64,000 nucleotides of DNA from Lama guanicoe (lineage: Eukaryota), in contig MU054323.1 in assembly GCA_013239625.1 (NCBI GenBank), positions 9,455,186 through 9,519,185 on the forward strand. Reading direction: 5' to 3'. How positions within the stretch are numbered: position 1 is the first letter of the stretch; every line of letters starts with the position of its first letter. Of the stretch, positions 13,986 to 26,159 are shown piece after piece. Both the position numbers and the translations under genes were made by a program. The notes below the pieces were generated by a model. The model did no database searches and was not told the DNA's origin. It worked only from the letters and a program-made list of their open reading frames with translations.

Positions 13986-14258
13986 TCTTGACAATATTTC
14001 TTTAGAATAGAAGAGATGTGGACCCAAATAATGGATATCACCACCCGTTTTTCTTCCCCATAATTTAGATAAGAAAGTAAGGAGTGAAATCATTGAAAGC
14101 GTCACTTCACCCATGGGCCTATAGAAATCAACTTCTCAAATTAGTAGACCACCTTACAGTTTCAAAGCACTTTTAATGATCTCATTTACAATATGAGCAA
14201 TCCACCTCTATGCCAATTTTGAATAAAATTCTTAGCACTTCAATGAATGGTTAGAGGT

Positions 14259-14784
14259 CAGGGGTTTTTAATACTTTTTGTGCCAAAGACTCCTTTGGTG
14301 AACCCTATGGATCCATTCTTCACACAGTGTTTTAAAGTGCATAAAATAAAATATATAGTACTACAAGGAAGCCAATTATGTTAAAATACTATTATCACAT
14401 TTTTAAAAAGTAATCATGTAGAGATATAAGAGCTTCTTTATAATATCTTAAATAGCAATATTCATGGCAAATCTAATAACCACTGCAACTTTGAAATAGT
14501 GGTGAGCATAAAGAACATTTGGAGATATGAGCAACAACTGCAATGTGATATAAAAAAGTTTGAGATTTCTATTGATAACAAAGTCAAGGTACTGCTAACA
14601 TGGCTACAGGTGGGTGCCTGCATTCATAATTAGAGGAAATGCTAAATTTTCAGCTAAAGGTAGGGAATATAAAGATATACATTTTTCCACGCAAATTCCC
14701 AGATGCCCTGAATTTCATCCAAGAACCCTTGTGGAGGTGGAGGAGGTAAAAGGAGATTCATGGACCTCAGATTAAGAATCTCTG
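14259..14784. mobile_element. Charlie4a-like hAT DNA transposon relic
   Basis: Degenerate TIRs caggggtttttaa ... ttaagaatctctg; internal tgcataaaataaaatatatag and aaggaagccaattat match my recollection of Charlie4a. Confidence 0.7.
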
Positions 14785-15139
14785 AAAACTCCCTGTAGTA
14801 CAGAGGTAGGATGTGGCTGAGTGCCTGGCTCAAGGCCATGCATAATGTTAGGGGAAGAAGAGGACTAGAAACCGGGTTTCTTAAGTCCAATTATTCTTCC
14901 TATGTTTGAATGGTTCACTTTGAAGATACTAAGACAGGTAAGTATTTTTACAAACTGTGTATGTTCAGTATTATACTGCTGACATCTTAACACTACCCTG
15001 AAGAACTGAGTAATGTTCAGCATGAGGGAAAATGCTAGAAAGTAATGCTCAGATTTAAGATTGAAAGACTTCCATTTGCATATTGTATGCTTCGTAATTG
15101 TATAAATTCAACTTTCATACACGGGACATATTTTTCCAT

Positions 15140-16850
15140 CTTTTTTTTAGATATAATTTACATATAGTAAAATTCACCCATTTTAAGTGAACGCTTAAGT
15201 GAATTTTGGCAACCTCAAATAGTCATAGCACCACCATCAAGACATGGAACATTTTCGTCACCCTGAGAGTTTCTCATGTGCCTTTGCCTTTGATCCCATC
15301 CCTTGACTTCCAGCCCCATGTGTCCATGGACCATTTTCTGTTATATAGTTTATTCTATTATAGCATTTCATAAAAATGAAATCATAGAGAATACAGCCTT
15401 TTATATCTTATTTCTTTTACAATTCTTTGTGTGGACATATGTTTTTATATCTCTTGGGTAAAAACCCCAAAGTGGGAATGCTGGATTATATGGTAAATAT
15501 ATGTTTAACTCAGTAGCATACAGCCCTTTTGTTTTCCAGGTGGCTGTAACTTGTTACATTCTCACTAAAAATGTATGAGACTTCAGTTCTTCCACATCCT
15601 CTCCAACACTCGCTGTTATCAGTCTTCATAATTTCAGTCATTATCGGGTGTGTGGTAGTATCCCATCATGGTTTTAATTTACCATTCCCTAATGGCTAGT
15701 GATGTTGAGCATCTTTTCATGTGCTTATTTGCCAAGTAAGTTATGTTGTGAAGTGTCTGTTCAAATTTTTTTTCTATTTTTTAATTGGATTGTCTTATTT
15801 TTAAGTTATGAATTCTTTATATATTTTGGATACAAGTCCTTTGTCAGTTATATGTTCTGCAAATGTTTTTTCCCAATCGGTGGCTTGGCTTTTCACTTTC
15901 TTAACTGTGTCTTTCAAAGAGTGAAAAATTTAAATTTTGATTAAGTCCGTTTTATTACTTGTTAATTTTAGGGGCCATGCTTTCTGTGTTTTTCTTAAGA
16001 AATTCTTGCCTAATCTAGTTCAATAAGAATTTCTGCATTGTTTTCTTCTAAAAAGATTATAGTTTTAGCTCTTAAATGTATGTCTGTGATCCACTTCAAG
16101 TTAATTTTTGTGTATAGGATGAGGTAAGGGACATGGTTCTTTTTCTTTTTCTTTATACTACTACCCATTTGTTCAGCACTCTTTGTTGAAAAGACTGTCC
16201 TTTCCTCATTGAATTACCTTGGCACTTTTGTCAAAAATCAATTGACCATATAAGCGTGGATCTATTTCTGTACTCTGTATTATGTTCCATTGATCAATGT
16301 GTGTGTACTTTCATTATATAGTAAGTCTTGAAATCAAGTAGTGTAAGTTCTTTAACCTTGCATTTCTTTTTTCAAACTGTTTAGGCTGTTTAGATCTTTT
16401 ACTTTTCTATATAAGTTTCATTTTAGATTGAGCTTGTCACTTTTTTCACAAAGAAAGAACGATTGGGATTGCACTGAATCTGTAGCTCAGTTTGGGGAGA
16501 ATTACCACCTTAGAAATACGGAATCTGAATCTTTCAATTCATGAACATGGTATATGTTTCCATTTATTTAGATCTTCTTTAATTTTTGTTAGCAGTGTTT
16601 TATAGTTTTCAGTATTCAGGTCTTGTACATCTTTTGTTAAATTAATTCCTAAGTCTATTTTAAGCTATTGTTAATGGAGTTATTTAAATTTTGATATTCT
16701 AGTTGCACGTTGTTAACATCTAGACATAGAACTGATTTTTGTATGTTGAAAATTATATACAAATTTAGTATGTAAATTTGTAGATTTCTTAGAATTTTAT
16801 GTACGGAATACAGATTATCTTCAAATACAGTTTTACTTCTTTATTTCCAA
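15140..16850 (-). mobile_element. Old L1 (L1M) 3' end plus ORF2 fragment
   Basis: gatataatttacatatagtaaaattcaccc 3' end; gatgttgagcatcttttcatgtgcttatttgcca; ttgtcaaaaatcaattgaccata. Confidence 0.88.
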
Positions 16851-16856
16851 TGTATA

Positions 16857-16961
16857 TTTCCTTCCTTCCTTCCTTCCTTCCTTCCTTCCTTCCTTCCTTC
16901 CTTCCTTCCTTCCTTCCTTCCCTCCCTCCTTTTTTCCTTTCTTCCTTCCTTTCTTCCTTCT
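16857..16961. repeat. (CCTT)n / 105-nt pure pyrimidine tract
   Basis: Uninterrupted pyrimidines from 16857 to 16961. Confidence 0.97.
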
Positions 16962-17009
16962 AGTGGCCTCCAGACCTGACCTATGCAATAATTATACTCA
17001 TTTGTTTGT

Positions 17010-17880
17010 GGATTTAGTCCTTTATTCATCAAGTATTGAACACCCTCTTTGGTTCAGGCACTCTGAAGACTCTAGGGGTACCAGGATGAATACTGCCTAT
17101 TCTGGAATGGCTCAGTGTAGTGAGGAAGATAAAGATGTAAAAACAACAATGAAACATTTAAACTGCAATGCTAGGCGTACTCCAGATGTTATGAGAACAC
17201 AGAGAAGGGGCATCCAGCCCAGTAGGACAGGAGGGCTGTAAGAATCATTTCAGACAGAGAGGCTAGCATAAACAGAAGCCCTGAGGGAAGACATAGCAGT
17301 ACATAGAGGAACTGTAAGTGGTTTAGAATCTCTCTAATGTATAATGGTTCCTGGGGACTGTCAGAGATTGCGCTTGAGAGTCCGCCAGAGCCCAGAAGTC
17401 AGAGAGTGTGGTATTCCTGGCCGATGAGTATGGACTTTATCCTGAGGATAGCAAGAAGTTACTGATGAGTACTCACTAGAGAAGGGGCATTTATTTGCTT
17501 TTTTTTTTCAAGGATTATTCTGGTATTATGTAGAAGGTGATTTGGAATGTGAACCAGGAAACCTAAAAAGATAGTTTAGGCAAAAGTTGATTAGACCTAA
17601 GCTAGAGCAGTCATCATAGGGATGAAGAGGAAGAAAAGATTTCAAGAAATATTTCAGAAGTAAAACAGGCAAAACTTAGTAACTGATCCCAGGCATGTGA
17701 AGGACTGAAAAGTAGGGTGCTGCCCAGTTTCTTCCATAGGCATCTAGGTAACCAGCAATGCCATCATTTGGAGCAGGGATTATGTTAGGAGGAGCCGATT
17801 TGGAAATGTTGAACCCAGTCTGGGATGTGTTGAGTTTTATGAGCCCCTGAATATCCAGGTGAAGAATCAGTGAGTGAACG
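17010..17880 (-). mobile_element. Degenerate L2 fragments
   Basis: ttattcatcaagtattgaacacc; tggactttatcctgagg; gatgtgttgagtttt...atatccaggtg. Confidence 0.55.
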
Positions 17881-18235
17881 TTTACATGGGACAGATGTGC
17901 GGGGGAGGTTCTCACCAGCTTACCCTGGAATCCACCCCAACCTAAAAAGTCCTGGTTGTCCCCAGTTTGGATGATTCAGAACAAATTGGCCTGAGTGAAC
18001 CTTTATCAAAAGGGTACAGTCATACTTCACACTGGACAGGGAGCTGGTCTGGAGCTTGAAACTGCTGCTAACTTTTTCCTTCCCTAAAGGTGGTCCAAAT
18101 TCTTGACACAACCTGACCTAGAATGAACCGACAGAGGCTTTGGGGAGTGACTTCTGGGTTGAGAATGACCCTTAGCTAAATTTAAGCCCTTGCCTTTAGA
18201 TAGGTGAGGGTGAAGGGAGTGTCAAAATACAATTA

Positions 18236-18530
18236 AAAGGGCAAATACTGTATGATTCTACTTATGTGAGGTACCTAGAGTAGTCAACGTCATAGAGACA
18301 GAAAGCAGAATAGAGGCTACCAGGGAGTGGGAAGATGGGGGATGGGGGAGTTACTGTTTAGAAAGTTTGGGAAGATGAGAAAAGTTCGGGAGATGGTTGT
18401 TGGTGATGCTTGCACAACGTGAGTGTCCTTAATGCCACTGACCCATATGCTTAAAAATGGTTAAAATGGTAAGTTTTATGTTCTGTATGTTTTACCACAA
18501 TTTTAAAAATGAACAAATTAAAAAAAATTA
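18236..18530 (+). mobile_element. L1MB-like 3' end
   Basis: caaatactgtatgattctacttatgtgaggtacctagagtagtca...ttaatgccactga...aaaatggttaaaatggtaagttttatg...ttttaccacaat plus A-rich tail. Confidence 0.9.
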
Positions 18531-21500
18531 ATTAGAAGGTAAGCATCTTATTGACAGCATTTTTTCAGTCTCAGTTAATCTAGTATTTTTTTCTTTATTC
18601 TCACTTAGAGGTTATTAAGATGATAAGAAGTGACCTCTAGTGATAGGTGATGATGATAATAATAACATTAACAATAATAATGCCATTGTTGTAAATAATA
18701 TCACTTACTGAATGCTCATTATGTGAAAAGTGCTGTGCTAAGTGCTTTACATTCCTAATTCCATAGGATTCCCTCAACAGCCCTACCAGATGGCTACTTA
18801 TCCCACTTTCTATAGTAGAGGGAACAAGGTCACCTCGAAATGAACTTGCCAGAAGTCCCGCAGCTAGTAGTTGAACTAAGACCTTTCCAGAACTCTTGTT
18901 CTCAGCAACTCACTAAAGCTTTCCATTCCACGTGCCGGGACACACTGCTGGATTGGGAATAGGCTAGATACTGACCAATTCAATCCTTGGAGAAGCTGGA
19001 CCCCATGGTCAGCGACCTCTGCCAGCCTCACACATTATCCCCACCTATCATAAAATCATAGCACTTTCTAGTCCATGCTATGATTTGAACAAGGTTGAGG
19101 GGCACAGTACGATACTATATTGCCTCTTCTGAAACAAGTTAATAGACTCTAGGTATGTGTATGGTTAGGAGAATTCCAACCCCACTGTACATGATGGGCA
19201 CGAATCCTAAGTCTTAGTTCTTATCTGTAAATGAGTTACTCCTCCCAGTGTTACTTCTGATGCTCCCAACTCTGTCTCTGAATCTGTCTCTTTGTACTGT
19301 GAGTCTTTTGAACTTTCCTGAGTGTTGAAAAGGTGGATTAAGGGTTCCCTGTCTCCAGGGAAACCATAGTACCTGCCGGTGATCCAGTAAACTTTGCATA
19401 CAGGTGAGCTTAGCAAAGATAATTACCAAACGAATCTATCCATGTGATTGAGGCCAGAGAACTAGCAACTGTAGGCACATTTTAAATGCCAACCATCCAG
19501 CAAACTCTCTCCTAAACTGTTGTTTCCACTAAGCTTGTTTTCCAATAAAGATACAAATTTAGTTCCATGCATTTTTCCAGCTAGTCTTTCAGGTTAGACA
19601 TAGAGTCTTATTTAGCTTTATAGGTCTTAGCATTTGTAGAAAAGAGGTTTGTCTTTTTAGTTCCCCCAGGTGACAGCTGCATTTAACTCCATGAACATTT
19701 AAGCATATTCTTTGTGCCAGGCACCATACTGAATACTGAAGATAAAGGGCTGAGTGGGACATGTTCATTTTCTAAAGGGACTCACAGCCTACTGTACTAG
19801 GATTCCCTGAGGCTTTTCCCAATGAACATTTTTTTTTTAAATCTCTTTGGCTATGCTAATAATTCTTATTTTTCATTTGGCTGTAGCTTGGAAACCTCAT
19901 GTGTATTGTAAACTGTCTCCTGTGTTAGACAAGTTAAAAGAATTTGCAAAGTTTATCCTTACACTCTTGTTTGATGGAGACCTCAGAAATGAATTGTGGT
20001 CTCAGCAAAGCATCTCCAAATGGCATAGCCTTTGTTTTAGGCTGGAAGAATGGAGTGGGCCAAACCCTCAGTTCAAACTGTTCCACCACAGTCAGTCAAT
20101 GAGAAGGTAGAACCCGTTTCGATGGGACAGCACTTGAACGCTGTATTTACAAGAAGATGAAAACATGCTCAGTTGGCCTCCAACCAAGAGGACGGAATAC
20201 TTCAAAAGACCCGTCCTCCTGGGAGGTGAGCAGCCTCAGATTGCAGGCTTAGTGGTCTCCACAGAGAGCAAACAAAGAGAGGCTATGCACTCTGATGTTC
20301 AAAGATGGTTTACTCCAGCATCACTCATTGTTGCCATTATTCCAGAGATCATGGGGGACTGTGGAAAACCAACCCAGTCACAAAGAATTGCTTTTTGATT
20401 TCAGCTTTTCAAATTCAATTCTTATAACAACTAGAAAGTCCTTTGATACAACCCAAGTTTTACTTTAGTACCCTGGGAGCATCCGTGTTTTAAGCCACGT
20501 AGGACCCAAAGAGGTACCCACTAGTGGTCAGAGTGCAGAAGTGAGAGTAAAGACCTCAGCTTCTGCTTCTCATCTCATTTTATCTGGTGAAGTGAGTTAG
20601 GTCAGCCTCAGTTTCCCCATGTAAAGTGATACTGTAATTAAATCGATTGGTGTTCTTAAACAGAGTAAGCTAAGGGGCAGCAAATTGAAAAGCAGGGGTA
20701 ACTGCCCCAGTGAGTCCCCCTCCATGACTCCTGGGACAGAGGAAGAGAGGGAGAGAGGAAGGACAAAGGATCTTGTGCATGGTTCTCTGGCATATGCAGA
20801 CTTGTACTAACACACACGCGCAGATACACACCTCGGTGTCAACACTCAGCAAACTCATACTCCTGGAACTAAGGCTTTGAGAAAAACAAAAGTAACTGTC
20901 ACACACACAAAATATAGAAACCCTCCTTAAGAATATTGCTTCAATTTTTTTTAATTTTATTGTTTGAATAGGCAGTATATTCACCTAGTTAAACATACAC
21001 CCACCCCTCCACCACACACACACACTGCAAAAAGTCTCACCTTGACCCCTGCTCAGTCCATCCTTTTCCTCTTCTTGTCACTTTTGTTAGTTTTTCAGTT
21101 CAGGCTTGCAGAGTTTCTTTATGTGAATAAAATAAATACAAGTATATAATCTTGATTTTTTTTCTTTTTTACACATGAAGTATCATATTTCACATTCTCT
21201 ACCTGGAACAAATACTTTTGATGTCTTGTGACCACAGGTGCACAGTTCCTAATGTCCCCTCAGCCTTGGTTACTGAGTTAACACAGACGCTCAGAGTCTG
21301 CAGCTTTCCAGCTCTTAATAAACTTAGGTGCAATTTGTATGATGCTTCATCCTTCTAGTTGTTATTAGAAATGTCTCTTCAATATCCTGTATCAGAATTT
21401 TCAATATTTCAGAGTACATCTCATGTAATTTGACCCCCCAACCCCATGAAGTTTTAGGCAGGTATTGCCCTTGTTTCTGAGGTGAAGAAATGAAGGGCAA

Positions 21501-21654
21501 AGGGTGTGCATTAGGTCACATATCTGGGTCTAAGGTCCGTCCTCTGTACTTAATGCCACTTTACTCTTCTGTTTTCCAAAAACAAGGGAGACACTGCCTC
21601 CTCTTTTGTTAATACTTCTCCATATTTACTGTATAGTCTTTTAGAGTTCTTTTA

Positions 21655-21900
21655 ACAACTTTTACTTTTGAGATACTTGTATGTTTATATGTGAGTGTAA
21701 CAGATACCACAGAAGGATCCTGTGTACCCTTTACCCAGTTTCCTCCGGTGGTGGCCACATCTTGAACAACTGTAGTACAGTGTCAACAACCAAGACGTTG
21801 AAACTGACACAACCAAGATGCAGAACGTCTCCATCACCACAAGGATCCCTGGCACCGTTCTATAGCCACACCTCTCCCCTTCCCTCCTCACCCCCTGCCC
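21655..21900 (-). mobile_element. L1MC1/2-like 3'-end fragment
   Basis: gtaccctttacccagtttcc...catcttgaacaactgtagtaca...tccatcaccacaaggatccct. Confidence 0.8.
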
Positions 21901-24712
21901 TGCCCTGCCCCCTTCTTACCCACGTGCAGACTTACCCTAATGTATTTTAGTGGAGGTTGTGTTAGTCAGGAAAGCCTAACAGATGTAACAAGCAACCTTT
22001 GATCTCTGTAGCTAACAGTCACGTTTTCTTTTTGTGTGATATCACTTCGCTGATGGTCATTCAAGAGTTGGGGGGAGAGCTCTGCGTCATGCAGGCATCC
22101 TGGGCCCTGGCTTCTTCTGTTCAGTGGCTTCACCATTCACTGTGGCCTCAGCATCTTGCACTGCATGGTCTGCCTCAGGCCAGCACATCAGGGCTTGTAG
22201 GGGCCGGTCTAGCAGTAGCGTTTATCCCTCCCACCTGTAGTCCATGGTTCAGAATTCAGTCATTTGACTCCACCTCAGTGCAGGAATGCTGGGAAATTTA
22301 TCTGGCTGTACCGAGGGGAAATGCGTTTGAGGAGCACATATAAAGGAATTGTCCTGGTGGCTTGTTAGTTGTGGTAAAAACTAATGGGGGAGTGGATAGA
22401 GAGTGTTAAACTCACCCAGTGGAGTAGTATACAGCTGTGGAAATGACAAAATGATATCTGCACACACTAAAGGTGAACTCTTACAGACCTAATGTTTCCT
22501 GAAAAAAGCAAGTCATGGGAGACCTACTATGTGATAGAATTTGTATAGAAAAACCTCAAAAGCAAGGAGAACCAGACAATATATTATTCAGGGACACGGA
22601 AATAGACAGTAAAACCATGTTTTTCAAAAGCAAAAGAATGACAAAGAGATATTTGAGGAGAATGGTTCTCTCTGGGGAGCGAGGCAGGAAGACTGAATGG
22701 AGAGGAGCCAACAGGTGGCTTTGGCCCGTAGGTTGTGTCTGTTCCGAGAGGGAGTGTGGATTCATGCATGTTCTGTTTTGGTTTTTTTTCCCACTGTGTG
22801 AAATATGTGTTACAGGTATTCTTTGACGTGTATCAAATATTGCATAGTAATTTAAAAATGAATTGGAACACTATAATTGGTCGTAATACAAATAAATCTT
22901 TATTAGTTATAAGAATGTGACAAGGAACAGACCCATCACTTGAAAAGATGACTCGTGTTGATTGGTGTTCCTAACGATGTGAAAGTGACTCACTGTGGGG
23001 CTGGGTCCACTGAAGATCACAGACATTGCCGCCCCTATGGTTTTGATCAGCCCCAGTGCCCTGGTCAGAATCCTGTCTGGTTCTTCTGTATGCATCAATC
23101 GTCTTCATGCTTTTAGTGTGTAGGGGTGACTTGACGGCGATTATTCCCTGCAAAGAAATCCTGCAAGGCTATATTGTGATCCTTTCCAATGAAAGGCAAG
23201 CTCCGTCTATCTAAATTTCCTAAAAACTATCTCTTTAAAAATATCTTGTACCTACAAAGATGCAACTAAATCCAACATTTCATCAAACAAAAGCTGAAGC
23301 TTATAACAAACAGGAATAATTGCTATACAGTTATCAGCACAGGTACCGACCCAGCTTCCAGGGCAACCAAATGACTTAATAACGATGTCAAATCTTCTTT
23401 ATTGTGAAGTGAAAGACCTAAAAGAAGCAGCGCAGGAACAGTCGCCAGCCAGGATCCATCTCTTATCTGGCTGCCGGCAAACTGTCTTGTAAATAATCAA
23501 TCCGGCTCCCTGCGTTGTTGTTTTCTCCATCCCACTCCCTTCCCCCTTCTCCTCCCCCTCCCAAGTTTTAGCCTCTGTAGTCTCCACCCCCTGTCAGGGA
23601 TGCTGTGCTCTCTGCACCCGGAATGAGTCAGCATATGGATACGTACCCACGTTTTCAGGGAAATGAACTGAGGTTATCAAAAAACCCAATCTGTCTCGCC
23701 ACAGATAAAAATCAAGGCATTTTCCAGCAGCCTAGAGAGACCAGCAGCCGCACGCATTCTGGAACAGGCAGTACACCTCCTTTGGGAAATACCTCTCTGG
23801 GGAGTGACTTTTGGTCTCCTGGGTAAAATGTTCACTTCTCAGACAGCAAACCCTTTGTAAAAAGGGAAACAGACTCCGTCAAAACTGGGTGGTGACGAGA
23901 TAAAGGCAGGCCACTCCTGTTTGAATGTTTGTCATTTTGGTGGGGATTTTGTTTAACAAGGTGCCTACCTTATCTGTCTTCTCTAAGATTTATAGCTTCA
24001 GAGACCATAAAAGGGAGGCCACAGATGTGAACATGGGCTGTAGAAAGATTAAAAACAAACCTAGGCTATTCAATAAAAATAATTTCGAGATATTTTGGAT
24101 TTGTCATTTTTTTTTCACACTGAAGACCACATCTGAGGCTCTAACAGTACTTGACTAATTGTACGTAGCAGTCCTTGGCTAATTACGCACAATATGAAAA
24201 TGCAGGAAAGAATATTACCTCAGCGTTTTTATGTAGCATGTGCTATTTTCCTTTGCTCTGCCCTGGAAAACAGGGTTAAATCTACTATTTCAATTCAATT
24301 AAAAATTACTTTTTTGAACCCCTGTCTTGGACCAGGCACTGTTTCAGGTACACAAATAAAATATGGTCCTTCCCTTGAAGAACATAAAATTAGAATATCA
24401 TCAACATATGCCACTGTCCTAGAAAATTATATTACAATTATCTCTTAAGAAAGGACTGGATCTAGGAACAAGCTTTCTTAGTGGTGATGTCTGGCACCTG
24501 TGTCCCCTCTTTGTGTGCTTTGTGCCTTGGAGAGGGTTTTGGCCACTGCTGCTATTGGTCATGGACTTGATCGTACCAACACTGGATCTCACCTTTGTCT
24601 TGTCATTCCTAAACCTGCTGTTCACCCAGGTGGCAAGATTATTACTTCAATCTATGATCCCTTCTGCTGCTTCTGTGGAAGAGAAAGTATCTGGACCCTC
24701 ATCCAGTCACAC

Positions 24713-25224
24713 TGTTGCAGAAAAGGGTGTTACAGCTCAGTTGTGACAGCAACCTGGATCTGGGCGAGAGACCAAGCAGCACTCAGAGAGTTGGAGAACT
24801 CAGGTTTATTATGCCAGCGGGCCCAGAAGAGTTAATACTCCAAGCTCTGGACCCTGTTTGTAGGTTTACACAGGCTTTTATAGGCTGCCAGTTTACACTT
24901 TGCAACATCATATGCAAATAAGGTATAACAAAAGTTGACTAATTAGGAACAAGCTTTGTAGAAATGGACCAGTCAGGAGGGAGAGAAATAACCAATCAGG
25001 AGTGAGCTCCATGCAAATTAAGTACTACAAATGGACCAATCAGTAGTTAGCTTAGGAAACCAATAGAATTTTAGGGGTAAGTTCCACTTTCCTAGAAGTA
25101 AGCCATTTCAGAGGCAAAAAGTGAGCTGGAGCCACTGAGCCAGGGAACCGGATGGTGCTGGCAGGAGAGTAGTGGCCCTGCCTGGGGGTCCTGCCGGTCT
25201 TTTTTTATGGGGCTTCCCACCTCA
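24713..25224 (-). mobile_element. ERV1-like solo LTR, 512 bp, with 4-bp TSD ACAC
   Basis: TG...CA termini with ACAC at 24709-24712 and 25225-25228. On the minus strand, TATAAAA (24876-24882) precedes AATAAA (24805-24810). Three CCAAT boxes and two octamers lie in the U3 part. Confidence 0.85.
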
Positions 25225-26159
25225 ACACTAACAGCTGTGCTGCAGGGAACACTCCCTGTGAGACAGTCATTGTGCTAGATACCTTAAGTGCCTCGTCTCA
25301 TATAATCCTTACAACAGCCCTGCCTGCCCTGCCAGATAAAAATCACTATCTCCAAATGGACAGGTAGAAAGCAGGGAGGTGTAGTAATGTGCCTGAGAGC
25401 CCGCAGGTGGTAAAGGCAGGACAAATTAAACAATGTCCCAAATGTTTAAATTCAAACCCTGAGCCCTTTCTTCTCTTCCTTGCCTTATCTTGCTCACACA
25501 GTGATGTAAAGCTAGTATTTCTTGATTCCTAGAATGATGTGAGCTTGCCCCGTTTCCCTGGGATGCGGGTGTCAGTTATGCAGGGGGTGCGTGAACACCA
25601 ACTTGACATATACAGATTATGCTCTAGAACCTTGAAGACAAAAAAGTTTGGGGAGCATCTTATTTGGTTTTCCCGATTTAAAAGATAGCCGTCCATGAAC
25701 ACACAGCTAAATCTCAGTGGAATGCTTTACTTGTCTGGCAGTGTTTGAGATAAAAGGAGGCAGCTGCTTCACGTGTATGGAATTCTTCAGAATACAGACC
25801 CAGAGTCTTAGCATTTTGCCCTGTCATCCAAATAGAAGAGGTTTTTGTAAATGCAAGGTGATTGGGTGTGTTTGATTTGGTTGGGCCTCGAGCTGGACCA
25901 GAGCCACCACCTGCCACCAGGGCCGCTTCCTGCTGCATTGGGGAAATTATTCCTTCAAGGTCTCGCCCACCCAGGATGTGAACCAAAGTAACCTCCTCTC
26001 CTTGTAACAGGCACGACTATGCTTCCAACTGCAGTGACGTGACTCAGTCCCAGTCTTCAAATAGTTCCTGGTGTTCTTGTTCAAGGAAAAAAGTCTTGAG
26101 CGATTAACCTGCCAACATACTGTACAGGGAACAAGGTTCTTATATATCCATGCCACCCC

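Noticed and set aside
14935..14943. Perfect donor CAG|GTAAGT as evidence of an exon
   Set aside because: No convincing upstream acceptor or BABAM2-like coding sequence; isolated consensus donors are expected by chance in 64 kb.
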